Positions 30,482 through 39,201 of a DNA stretch of 64,000 nucleotides are shown one piece after another. The position numbers and the translations under genes were made by a program. The notes under the pieces are model-generated. The model saw nothing but the letters and a program-made list of their open reading frames with translations, searched no databases and was not told where the DNA came from. Each line of letters starts with the position of its first letter. Within the stretch, counting starts at the first letter, position 1. The stretch lies in IMG/VR virus record IMGVR_UViG_3300021373_000005; one strand, given 5' to 3'. The DNA comes from a virus.

Positions 30482-32002
30482 TTGAAAATTTTTGGCTTTG
30501 ATATAAAGAGGGCAGAGGAGGAGACCACTTTACCGGTTTCTTTTGCCGAACCCTCTAATGATGATGGAGCGATTACGGTTGGTAATGCTCTAGGTGGTTT
30601 TTATAATACGATACTTGATATGGAAGGTTCCGCTAAAACGGAATCTGAGTTAATTACAAGATATCGTCACATGTCAATGCAGCCTGAGGTTTCTCAGGCA
30701 ATTGATGACATTGTGAATGAGGCAATTAGTGTTGATACAAATGATAGAGTTGTTGAAATCTCTTTAGGAGAAACAGTTTTATCAGATAAAGTAAAGAAGT
30801 CGGTTATTAAAGAATTTGATAACATACTTGCATTATTTGATTTTACAAACAATGCATATGATATGTTTTTCAAGTTCTACGTTGACGGAAGATTAAATTA
30901 TCATATTATTATTGACCCTGAGGATGTAAAGAAAGGTGTTTTAGAATTAAGATATGTTGACCCTCGTAAACTAAAATTGATACGAGAAGTAGACAAGAAG
31001 AGTAAAGATAAGCATTCAGGAATACCTGTTAAGAAAGTTAAAAATGAGTATTATATGTATTCTGAAAACGGGTTTCAGAATGCGGGTACAGGAGCCGGTG
31101 GTACTTCAAGTACAACAGGTGTAAAGATTGCGAAGGACTCTATAGCAAGAGTAACTTCAGGATTGATGAATGAGAATAACAGTTTAGTATTATCTCATTT
31201 ACATCCAGCAGGTAAAGCTTTAAATCAGCTGAGAATGTTGGAAGATGCTGTTGTAATATACACGTTAACAAGAGCACCAGAAAGAAGAATTTTTTATATT
31301 GATGTAGGTAACTTGCCAAAGAATAAGGCAGAGCAATATCTTAGAGATATGATGGCTCGACATAAGAACAAGTTACAGTACAATTCAGAATCAGGACAGA
31401 TTACTGATTCTCGTAAGATGCTAACAATGACTGAGGACTTTTGGTTCCCTCGTCGTGGTGGAGAAAGGTCAACTGAAGTTGATACCCTCGCAGGAGGTAA
31501 TGCACCAGGATTGAGTGGTAACGAAAACTTAGAGTATTTTCAACGCAAATTATATAAAGCGTTGAAAGTACCTTTATCGCGTTTAGAACCAGAGGCAATG
31601 GCAACCTTCGGTAGAACATCAGAGATTACTCGAGATGAACTGAAGTTTGGTAAATTTATTAGAAGAATTCGTGCACGTTTCTCATGGATATTCAATATGG
31701 TATTAGAGAAACAATTAATTCTAAAAGGAATTTTAACACCTGAGGAATTTAACGAAATCCGTAATGACATACGTTATGATTTTGTTAAAGATAATTATTT
31801 TGAGGAATTAAAGGAAGCTGAGATTCTGAGAGAAAGATTGAATACTTTAAGGGATATATCCGATTACACAGGAAAGTATTTCTCTCATCAGTGGATTACT
31901 CAAAACATTCTGCAAATGTCTGAAGAAGATGCACAGAAAATGGAAGATGAAATTGCAGATGAAAAGGCTCAAGGTGGACATGCAGAAGATGATGCATATT
32001 AA
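30482..32002 (+). CDS. g20: Portal protein gp20
   Basis: TTG start after AGGTGA; FYVDGR, YVDPRK, RAPERRIFYIDVGNLPK.KAEQYL, EDFWFPRRGG, ITRDELKF. Confidence 0.97.
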   Translation: MKIFGFDIKRAEEETTLPVSFAEPSNDDGAITVGNALGGFYNTILDMEGSAKTESELITRYRHMSMQPEVSQAIDDIVNEAISVDTNDRVVEISLGETVLSDKVKKSVIKEFDNILALFDFTNNAYDMFFKFYVDGRLNYHIIIDPEDVKKGVLELRYVDPRKLKLIREVDKKSKDKHSGIPVKKVKNEYYMYSENGFQNAGTGAGGTSSTTGVKIAKDSIARVTSGLMNENNSLVLSHLHPAGKALNQLRMLEDAVVIYTLTRAPERRIFYIDVGNLPKNKAEQYLRDMMARHKNKLQYNSESGQITDSRKMLTMTEDFWFPRRGGERSTEVDTLAGGNAPGLSGNENLEYFQRKLYKALKVPLSRLEPEAMATFGRTSEITRDELKFGKFIRRIRARFSWIFNMVLEKQLILKGILTPEEFNEIRNDIRYDFVKDNYFEELKEAEILRERLNTLRDISDYTGKYFSHQWITQNILQMSEEDAQKMEDEIADEKAQGGHAEDDAY

Positions 32003-32005
32003 TAA

Positions 32006-32013
32006 TATAAATA
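32006..32013 (+). promoter_or_regulatory. T4-type late promoter TATAAATA
   Basis: Exact consensus upstream of 32047. Confidence 0.7.
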
Positions 32014-32046
32014 AAAGTATAGTGTAAATAAAACTAGGGACTAAAT

Positions 32047-33180
32047 ATGAAAAATTTTAAAGATCTCGTCTCAGAAATTGCTCAACCAAAAGCACCTGAA
32101 GAAAGACGCTTTAAGGACCAACATACAATTGAGGTGATTAAACACCCTGTTGCTCCTGACCACGTTTTTACTGGTGAGATTCCTGGCATAGGCAATGGTA
32201 AGCGACCTGCTGACCAAGAAGGTGATACGAGTTACGACTTAGCTTATAAAACTAAAGTTGCTCAAACTTTGCCACAACGTGCAGGTGCAGGTAAGCAAGT
32301 TGCTGAACAAAAATCTATTACAGAAATTCTTGGAGTCAATAAAAAGAAAGACGAAAAGAAAGATGACGAAGAATCAATGGAAGAAGAATTAAAGGCTTCT
32401 TGTGGTTGCGACGAATCTTGTGAACACTGTGGTGGAGAACATAAGGTTGAAGAAATCGGTAAAGAATGTTCTTGCTGTGGTAATGAGATTAAAGGTATTG
32501 AGGAAGGTGGTTGTTCAGGTGATAAGCTAAATGCTGAAAAGAAACCTGTTAAAAAGGCAGAAACTAAAGAATCAGAAACAGATTCTGCTAAAACTATCGA
32601 ACCTGAAGTACAAAAGAAAAAAGTTTTAAAAGGTGATGGTAAACCTAAAACAGGTCCAACATCAGTCACCATTAAAGATAGTAATGGTAAAACATTATCA
32701 ATGACATTTAAAGAAATGTTAGCAAAAGTATCAACAGAGGAAGAATTGCTTGAAAGTCCCCAACAAGAAATTCCTATGATGATGAAACAACTACATTTCA
32801 TTTGTTATGCCACTGAAGAAATCCAAGAATATCTAAAAATGGAAGGACAAGATCCTGAAGAATGGTGGCAAAATAAATTAGCAGAAGTATTTTCTAATGT
32901 TAAATCATTGTATGCTTATAGTAAAGGTGACCAAATGGTTAACGGTAAACCTTTATCAGCAGCAAAGATGTATACAGCAGCTTATGAATCAATCGAAGCT
33001 GGTGAGTTTCAATTACAAAATGAAACAGTAATTGAAGTATCAGAAGAAGATGCTAACATTTTAAATAATATGTTTGATGAATTAAATGAAACTAATACAA
33101 CCGAAATGTATAACGTTCTAATCGCTGACGAAGCAGGTTATAACGAAATCCTTACATTTGCGAAGGAGAATCTACAATGA
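32047..33180 (+). CDS. Highly charged protein at the gp67/gp68 prohead-core position
   Basis: Lies between g20 and g21; Glu/Lys-rich with an 8-Cys cluster. Core role inferred from synteny only. Confidence 0.55.
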   Translation: MKNFKDLVSEIAQPKAPEERRFKDQHTIEVIKHPVAPDHVFTGEIPGIGNGKRPADQEGDTSYDLAYKTKVAQTLPQRAGAGKQVAEQKSITEILGVNKKKDEKKDDEESMEEELKASCGCDESCEHCGGEHKVEEIGKECSCCGNEIKGIEEGGCSGDKLNAEKKPVKKAETKESETDSAKTIEPEVQKKKVLKGDGKPKTGPTSVTIKDSNGKTLSMTFKEMLAKVSTEEELLESPQQEIPMMMKQLHFICYATEEIQEYLKMEGQDPEEWWQNKLAEVFSNVKSLYAYSKGDQMVNGKPLSAAKMYTAAYESIEAGEFQLQNETVIEVSEEDANILNNMFDELNETNTTEMYNVLIADEAGYNEILTFAKENLQ

Positions 33181-33854
33181 ATTTAATTACAGAATATACA
33201 GAAGATTCAGTAGAGGTAATTACAGAAGCTAAAGAAGACGGCAAAAAGAATTACTTTATTGAAGGAATTTTCATGCAAGGCGATATTAAAAATCGCAATG
33301 GAAGAATTTATCCAAGTGCAACTTTAGAAAGCGAAATGGATCGCTATAATAAAGAGTTTATTGAAACTAAACGTGCTCTTGGAGAACTAGGTCACCCTGA
33401 TGGTCCACAAATCAACGGGGATCGCGTTTCACATCTAATTACTGACATGAGACGAGATGGCAACGATTTTTATGGTAAAGCTAAAATCTTATCAACACCG
33501 ATGGGGGAAATCGTTAAAAGCCTATTAGACGAAGGAGTAAAGATTGGAGTTTCGACTCGAGGTCTTGGTTCGGTCAAGGCAGGTAGAAATGGAGTTATGG
33601 AAGTGCAGAAGGATTTCCACCTTTCTACTGTAGATATTGTTACTGACCCTTCAGCACCAAACGCGTTCGTAAATGGTATCATGGAGAACGTTGAATATTA
33701 CTACGATATCGCTTCTGGGAATTGGAGAGCTACTGAAGTTATTCAGGATATCCAAGAAGAAGTTGAGAAAAAGGTTAACAGAGTAGTAAAAACTATTGAC
33801 GAAGCAACGGCAACAAGAATGTTTGAAACATTTATCCGTACTTTGAGAAATTAA
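33177..33854 (+). CDS. g21: Prohead core protease gp21
   Basis: IEGIFMQ..KNRNGRIYP, ALGELGHP, RVSH.I, GVSTRGLGS, DIVTDPSAPNAFV.GIME. Confidence 0.97.
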   Translation: MNLITEYTEDSVEVITEAKEDGKKNYFIEGIFMQGDIKNRNGRIYPSATLESEMDRYNKEFIETKRALGELGHPDGPQINGDRVSHLITDMRRDGNDFYGKAKILSTPMGEIVKSLLDEGVKIGVSTRGLGSVKAGRNGVMEVQKDFHLSTVDIVTDPSAPNAFVNGIMENVEYYYDIASGNWRATEVIQDIQEEVEKKVNRVVKTIDEATATRMFETFIRTLRN

Positions 33855-33859
33855 CTTTT

Positions 33860-33867
33860 TATAAATA
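33860..33867 (+). promoter_or_regulatory. T4-type late promoter TATAAATA
   Basis: Exact consensus upstream of g22/g23. Confidence 0.75.
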
Positions 33868-33930
33868 AAAACAGTCAAGTTTATTATAAAGATATTTGTA
33901 AATTAAAAACAAATTTAAAGGAGAAAAATA

Positions 33931-34914
33931 ATGGCAAACGTAGAAGAAAAATTCGTTGCTGATGATGGAGTCTCAATGGTCCCTGATGCTGTAACACCTG
34001 AAGGTGGAGAAGGTAAAAAGGACAAGCTGAAGAAGACAACAACTGACGAGCCAAAAGGAGCAGCTGACGGTAAGAAAGTAGTTCCTGGTCAAACAGATGC
34101 AGGCAAGCCTGTACCTACTGCTGAAGAAACTGAAGTTGACGCTGAAGTTGAAACAGTAGAGGAAGTAGTTGTAGAATCTTCAATTGAGTCAATCATTGAA
34201 GGCGAAGATTTATCCGAAGAATTCAAAGGCAAGATTAGTCTTGTATTTGAAGCCGCATTAAACGAAGAAGTAAATAAAAGAACTGAGACAATTCGTGAAG
34301 AATTAACTAAGTCTTTAGACGAAGCATTGGAAGAAGCAGTAACTGAGAAATTAGATACCATTTCTGAGAATGTTGATAAGTATTTAGATTACGTTGTATC
34401 TGAGTGGATGTCTGAGAATGAAATCGCAGTCGAATCTGGAATTAAGGTTGAGATGGCGGAATCATTAATGTCAGGTCTTAAGAACTTATTCGTAGAACAT
34501 AATGTTACTGTTTCTGAAGAATCAGTTGACGTTGTGTCTAACTTAGAAGGACAAGTTTCTGAATTGGAAGGAAAAGCAAATGACCTCGTAAATGAGAACA
34601 TTGAATTACAGAAAGAAATTCAAACTTTCAAAGCAGAACAAAAATTTGACGAACTTGCAGAAGGTTTATCTGAGAATCAGGTAGAGCGTTTGAAAGTATT
34701 GTCTGAAAAGCTTGATATTGAAGATTTAGAAGCTTATGCAGAAAATCTTCAAGTAATTAAGGAGTCTTTCTTCAGCGACAAACCTATTGTAGAAAATAAG
34801 GATGTTCAAGAAGAAAATGACGAAATTATTCTAGAAGAACAGGAAGTAACTAAACCAGCTTCTGATTACACTTCTATTAATGCTTTAGTTGAAGCTTTCA
34901 ACACTAAGAAGTAG
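33931..34914 (+). CDS. g22: Prohead core scaffold gp22
   Basis: Acidic coiled coil with LSEEFK.K...VFEAAL, VDKYLDYVV.EW, GIK.E.AES..SGLK.LF.EH. Confidence 0.93.
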   Translation: MANVEEKFVADDGVSMVPDAVTPEGGEGKKDKLKKTTTDEPKGAADGKKVVPGQTDAGKPVPTAEETEVDAEVETVEEVVVESSIESIIEGEDLSEEFKGKISLVFEAALNEEVNKRTETIREELTKSLDEALEEAVTEKLDTISENVDKYLDYVVSEWMSENEIAVESGIKVEMAESLMSGLKNLFVEHNVTVSEESVDVVSNLEGQVSELEGKANDLVNENIELQKEIQTFKAEQKFDELAEGLSENQVERLKVLSEKLDIEDLEAYAENLQVIKESFFSDKPIVENKDVQEENDEIILEEQEVTKPASDYTSINALVEAFNTKK

Positions 34915-34969
34915 AATAATTGAATTTGGTTTTTTAAATTAAATTTAAATTAAATAAAGGAGATCCAAA

Positions 34970-36280
34970 ATGGATAACTATACAAGACTAGTGGAAAAGT
35001 GGGAGCCAATTTTAGCGCACGAATCTTTTTCACCAATTAGTGATTCTCATAGAAGAGCAGTTACAGCTACTATTCTTGAGAACACAGAAAAAGCACTAGC
35101 AGAAACTGGTGACTTATCTGCTAACATGACTAGCTTGCTTTCTGAAGCACCTACTAATGACGTCGGTACAACCGGTGGATTTACAGGTGGTTCTGCTGCT
35201 GCAGGTCCTGGTGCAGGTTATGACCCAATTCTTATCTCATTGGTAAGACGTGCTGTTCCTAATATGATCGCATACGATATCTGTGGTGTTCAGCCTATGA
35301 CTGGTCCTACAGGATTAATCTTCGCAATGCGCGCAAGATATGGTTCACAAGGTGGTGCAGAAGCAATGTACAACGAAGCTGATACAGACTTCGCTGGTAC
35401 AGGTACTCACGCTAATACTTTACCTGGTGGTTCTGTAACTACTGGTACAGGTATGACAACTGCAGCTGCTGAAGCCTTAGGCGACGGTGGTGGCACAAAC
35501 TATGCAGAAATGGCATTCTCTATCGAGAAAGTAACTGTTGCTGCTAAGACTCGTGCTTTAAAAGCAGAATACACAACTGAGCTTGCTCAGGATCTTAAAG
35601 CTGTTCACGGCCTAGACGCAGAAACTGAATTAGCTAATATTCTTCAAACTGAAATCTTAACAGAAATCAACCGTGAAGTTATTAGAACAATTTATGACGT
35701 TGCTGTTGTTGGTGCTGCTGGCGCTGCTACTCCGGGTACATTCGACTTAGACGTTGATGCAAACGGAAGATGGTCTGTTGAGAAGTTCAAAGGTTTAATG
35801 TTCCAAATCGAGCAAGAAGCTAACGCAATTGCTAAAGGAACAAGAAGAGGAAAAGGTAACGTTGTTATTTGTTCTTCTGACGTAGCCTCTGCTTTACAAA
35901 TGGCTGGTGTGTTGGATTACACTCCTGCTCTAAACTCTAACTCTCTAGAAGTTGATGACACAGGTAATACTTTTGCTGGTGTTCTTAACGGTAGATTCAG
36001 AGTATACGTTGACCCATTCGCAGGTGCTAACTACTTAGTAGTTGGTTACAAGGGTTCATCTGCATTTGATGCAGGTTTATTCTACTGCCCATACGTACCA
36101 TTACAAATGGTTCGTGCGGTTGGTGAAAACAGCTTCCAACCAAAAATTGGATTTAAGACACGTTACGGAATGGTTTCAAACCCATTTGCTCAAGGTGACG
36201 TTTCTAGCCAAGGTCTTGGAGCACTTACTGCTGATCTTAACAAGTACTACAGAAAAGTTACAATCGCTAACTTATTCTAA
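34970..36280 (+). CDS. g23: Major capsid protein gp23
   Basis: DPILISLVRRA.PN.IAYD.CGVQPMTGPTGLIFAMR, KTRALKAEYT.ELAQDLKAVHGLDAE.EL, FQPKIGFKTRYG. Likely gp21 cleavage at LLSE|A (E59). Confidence 0.98.
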   Translation: MDNYTRLVEKWEPILAHESFSPISDSHRRAVTATILENTEKALAETGDLSANMTSLLSEAPTNDVGTTGGFTGGSAAAGPGAGYDPILISLVRRAVPNMIAYDICGVQPMTGPTGLIFAMRARYGSQGGAEAMYNEADTDFAGTGTHANTLPGGSVTTGTGMTTAAAEALGDGGGTNYAEMAFSIEKVTVAAKTRALKAEYTTELAQDLKAVHGLDAETELANILQTEILTEINREVIRTIYDVAVVGAAGAATPGTFDLDVDANGRWSVEKFKGLMFQIEQEANAIAKGTRRGKGNVVICSSDVASALQMAGVLDYTPALNSNSLEVDDTGNTFAGVLNGRFRVYVDPFAGANYLVVGYKGSSAFDAGLFYCPYVPLQMVRAVGENSFQPKIGFKTRYGMVSNPFAQGDVSSQGLGALTADLNKYYRKVTIANLF

Positions 36281-36325
36281 GAACTCGTTATAATAAGAAG
36301 AGTTTAGGTCAAACTAAACCACTTG

Positions 36326-36355
36326 AGAGGAATCCTTCGGGGTTCCTCTTTTTTT
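36326..36355 (+). terminator. Rho-independent terminator with cUUCGg tetraloop after g23
   Basis: AGAGGAATCC-TTCG-GGGTTCCTCT followed by a T run. Confidence 0.9.
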
Positions 36356-36671
36356 ATTCCCAAATAAAATTAGTCCAAGGTTCATAACAACCAGAAACTC
36401 CAATTGCTGAATTGTCACAACCTCTTGCATCATCCCATAGTTCTAAGTTAACTTTATCAAACATCTCTTTTGTAAGTTTAACCATAGGAACATTTTCCAT
36501 AAAGATTGCTGATTCGTAATCAATCGACATAGGCTTAACACTAATATGATTTTCTCCAAACTCCTTAATCATACCTACGTATCTTTTACCATCTTTAATA
36601 AACTGACACTGTTCAAAAGTATCTCCGAAAGTATCATTACCAAGTTTAGTCCATTTTTCAAATAATTTCAT
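36354..36671 (-). CDS. Hypothetical protein
   Basis: 105 aa, coupled to the upstream ORF. Confidence 0.6.
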   Translation of the reverse strand: MKLFEKWTKLGNDTFGDTFEQCQFIKDGKRYVGMIKEFGENHISVKPMSIDYESAIFMENVPMVKLTKEMFDKVNLELWDDARGCDNSAIGVSGCYEPWTNFIWE

Positions 36672-36970
36672 TAAGCAACCTCTCTATAACCAGCAGCTTT
36701 ACCATAAAAGCCAAGTTTTTCTAATTTTAAAACAATTTCGTTAAAAGCCGCACCTTCAGAATCTTGCGGATAGATACCAACTGTCATTGGGTCATCAATG
36801 AATAATTGACATTGTTCCCAAGTTGGGTTTTGATTGATATAATCGTTGACGATTTTCTTTCCTTTTTCAAAAAGATTCTCATCTTTTGTTCTAACCTCAA
36901 AATCAACGATTTCGTAACCGTCCATTGTTAATGATGGTTCCGGTTGGTTTCCTAATATTCTTATTTCCAT
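36671..36970 (-). CDS. Hypothetical protein
   Basis: AGGAG RBS; downstream of the promoter at 37000-37028. Confidence 0.65.
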   Translation of the reverse strand: MEIRILGNQPEPSLTMDGYEIVDFEVRTKDENLFEKGKKIVNDYINQNPTWEQCQLFIDDPMTVGIYPQDSEGAAFNEIVLKLEKLGFYGKAAGYREVA

Positions 36971-36999
36971 TTAAACTCCTTTTTCCTTAATATACAATT

Positions 37000-37028
37000 A
37001 TTATACTCTATCTCACAACGAATGTCAA
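37000..37028 (-). promoter_or_regulatory. Sigma70-type early promoter
   Basis: TTGACA-N17-TATAAT on the - strand. Confidence 0.85.
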
Positions 37029-37051
37029 TAGTTTTATGAGAAAAAAGTGAA

Positions 37052-37270
37052 TTATTTTTTAGAGAAATAGGAACGAATTAAAAAGATACGTGTATATGCT
37101 ACAATAGTCATTACAGCAGTGACCAGAGTGCCCAGTATGACAGGGTCGGTTATACCAAACCGTTCTATATAGATATAGAGCAAAAAGAGGTTTAGGGGGT
37201 AATTTATGGCTAGGCCAGTTGCGATTTGAAATGAAGTTTCTTTGTGAATCTTTTTTGTCTCTGGTTTCAT
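37052..37270 (-). CDS. Small membrane protein
   Basis: 72 aa with two hydrophobic stretches; ATGA overlap with the upstream ORF. Confidence 0.65.
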   Translation of the reverse strand: MKPETKKIHKETSFQIATGLAINYPLNLFLLYIYIERFGITDPVILGTLVTAVMTIVAYTRIFLIRSYFSKK

Positions 37271-37401
37271 AAGTATTTACCTACAAGATATCCTGCTAGG
37301 AATACAAACCAATCAAATATGAAATGCATTACAAAAGATAAAGCAAATATTTCTTTCCAATGTTTTTTACATATATTTAAATATTCTGCTAACCGTTTCA
37401 T
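37267..37401 (-). CDS. 44-aa membrane micro-protein (not in ORF track)
   Basis: Hand translation MKRLAEYLNICKKHWKEIFALSFVMHFIFDWFVFLAGYLVGKYL; ATGA overlaps at both ends. Confidence 0.6.
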   Translation of the reverse strand: MKRLAEYLNICKKHWKEIFALSFVMHFIFDWFVFLAGYLVGKYL

Positions 37402-37535
37402 ACCATTGCTGTCCACAATAAATTCAAGCAACCTTTAGTAAAAGCTCCTTCATACCAAAGTATTAACATTGCTAATATTGTAATTGCTGTAAAGCACCAA
37501 ACGATTTCTCTTATTAATTGTATCATCTCTTTCAT
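37398..37535 (-). CDS. 45-aa membrane micro-protein (not in ORF track)
   Basis: Hand translation MKEMIQLIREIVWCFTAITILAMLILWYEGAFTKGCLNLLWTAMV; starts 4 nt after the tRNA-Glu CCA. Confidence 0.5.
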   Translation of the reverse strand: MKEMIQLIREIVWCFTAITILAMLILWYEGAFTKGCLNLLWTAMV

Positions 37536-37539
37536 AATC

Positions 37540-37614
37540 TGGTAGCCCGTAGGAGAATCGAACTCCTGTTGCATGGATGAAAACCATGTGTCCTAACCAC
37601 TAGACGAACGGGCC
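37540..37614 (-). tRNA. tRNA-Glu(UUC)
   Basis: GGCCCGT/ACGGGCT acceptor stem, CATGG-TTTTCAT-CCATG anticodon arm, GTTCGATTC T-loop, encoded CCA. Confidence 0.95.
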
Positions 37615-37618
37615 GAAT

Positions 37619-38280
37619 AAAAAAACGGCGGACCTTCCATATACGCCTATCAAAGGTATGTTAAGATCCGCCTAGGTATTGAACTTCAGTGTCACAATCG
37701 TCATTTGGTCTTACTGCCTTTCTAAAGGACCTGATGACTAGTCAGGGGTTTCAAACTACCTTGGTGATTAGAATACTTTGTTAACGTAATTCGTTAAATA
37801 GTGTAGAATTGTTAATCGTAGTATTCTAATCTAAAAAACTTAAAATTCGTAGGTACGTCTCTCGGACTTATCTGTTACTTGTTAACTCCAGTCTCGGAGG
37901 TAGCAAACTACCTCTATACCTAAAGGAGAAAGATCCTAGACTGCCGTCTTGTGTCGGTTTGGGTGCAAACCTAAACCCTATCTCTTTCACAGTGCGCGGC
38001 TCGCAGCCGACTTCAGTATCGAGCGTTTCTTCATACACGGAGACGCTTTAATACCCACTCTATTGATTTCGTTCTGACCCGTATAATTACATGCATTCCT
38101 ACATCGGCCTTCTCATTACTCTGTGAATATATCTGTTACGATGGGATATATTCAACAGCTTCAGCTGCCGGTCGGGTTGTCCACCTATATATTAGAGCCT
38201 TCCGATTGATAAGATCTTCTACTCGACTCAGGTTCTCTACTCACCGATTGTCTCTGTCGGTGGGGTGTTTCCCTCAATAT
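37619..38280 (-). ncRNA. Candidate large structured non-coding RNA (~660 nt)
   Basis: No ORF of 60 aa or more in any frame; begins just downstream of a perfect sigma70 promoter; many hairpins; ends in a GC-rich stem plus U7 immediately before tRNA-Glu. Confidence 0.65.
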
Positions 38281-38286
38281 GATACT

Positions 38287-38315
38287 ATTATACTATAGTT
38301 TCATTATGATGTCAA
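38287..38315 (-). promoter_or_regulatory. Sigma70-type early promoter driving the candidate ncRNA and tRNA-Glu
   Basis: TTGACA-tcataatgaaactatag-TATAAT. Confidence 0.9.
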
Positions 38316-38334
38316 TAGTTTTTGTGAAAAAAGT

Positions 38335-38526
38335 TTAATTATTTGATAATATGAAATCTGCTACGTCAGAATCCTCGGTAGCTTCAACAATACAAGGAAT
38401 TCCTCTTGCATCCATTTTATCAACAAAATCTCTTGCATGCTTATATCTCATCTCACCTTGGTCAATTTTTTCCATTGTGGATGGATTAATAATAGAGACA
38501 TTAAATAATGTAAAATCGGTAATCAT
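38335..38526 (-). CDS. Hypothetical protein
   Basis: 63 aa, coupled to the upstream ORF. Confidence 0.55.
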   Translation of the reverse strand: MITDFTLFNVSIINPSTMEKIDQGEMRYKHARDFVDKMDARGIPCIVEATEDSDVADFILSNN

Positions 38527-38711
38527 ACTTCAGCAATACTCGACTTATGAATTACAGTTGATTCCAACCTACCATACTTATCGTATGTATATACAGTTTG
38601 TTGCTGATGATCTCCATGCACTTGAGTTGTTACTTTTACAACTCGCGTATCATATTCGACTTTGTTGAAATAATTGGTTGGCCACATTGGGCTGATAGGA
38701 GTAATTTCCAT
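38523..38711 (-). CDS. Hypothetical protein
   Basis: 62 aa in a coupled gene chain. Confidence 0.55.
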   Translation of the reverse strand: MEITPISPMWPTNYFNKVEYDTRVVKVTTQVHGDHQQQTVYTYDKYGRLESTVIHKSSIAEV

Positions 38712-38936
38712 TTAATCATTTTCCTTTTGCTCGTCGTACCATTTAACTAATTCTTGGTCATCTCCCAATCCTTGAGTTCTAAGATAACCCATTTCAATTA
38801 GTGTATCAATTGTTTCTTGAGTGATTCTTTTTGAATGCTTAAATGAAGGAGGTTCATTTCTTGCCATAAACCATCCTACACAAGTAAATATTAAAGCAGT
38901 TAACCAATAAGTCCAATTATCCATACTAATCTCCAT
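38712..38936 (-). CDS. Small membrane-anchored hypothetical protein
   Basis: N-terminal hydrophobic helix WTYWLTALIFTCVGWFMA. Confidence 0.6.
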   Translation of the reverse strand: MEISMDNWTYWLTALIFTCVGWFMARNEPPSFKHSKRITQETIDTLIEMGYLRTQGLGDDQELVKWYDEQKEND

Positions 38937-39168
38937 GTCTTGCTAAGACTGCATCGATAATTCTTTCTTGTATTGATTGCGTGTCATCATCTAAATTAGA
39001 TGGGTTAGTAATTGCACTATCATCTTCAGTAATAATAAAATCATTTTTAATAGCCATTTTATATATTTGGTTTTCTGTCATAGTTTCCAAACAAGCTATT
39101 AAAAGATCATTTTTATTAATGAAGCCTTTGTTCGCATCGTACATTAATTGCTCTGCTATTTGTTCCAT
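38926..39168 (-). CDS. Hypothetical protein
   Basis: AGGAG RBS; 80 aa. Confidence 0.6.
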   Translation of the reverse strand: MEQIAEQLMYDANKGFINKNDLLIACLETMTENQIYKMAIKNDFIITEDDSAITNPSNLDDDTQSIQERIIDAVLARHGD

Positions 39169-39201
39169 AAGAACTCTCCTTTCTATATTGCTAATTATAA
39201 T

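Noticed and set aside
26209-36280. Introns, inteins or homing endonucleases in g17, g20 or g23
   Set aside because: The ORFs are uninterrupted and of normal T4-like length; no LAGLIDADG, HNH, GIY-YIG or intein motifs were seen.
6-36293. Many - strand ORFs of 60-180 aa over the structural genes (for example 2817-3260, 4393-4818, 27579-28079, 32262-32801)
   Set aside because: They are antisense shadows of long + strand genes with biased codon use; they lack RBSs and recognisable motifs.
37619-38280. tmRNA, RNase P RNA or group I intron identity for the non-coding segment
   Set aside because: No tRNA-like GGGG...CCA ends or T-arm, no GAGGAAAGUCC P4 motif, and no interrupted host gene. A weak CAGAUAAGUCC resemblance alone is insufficient.
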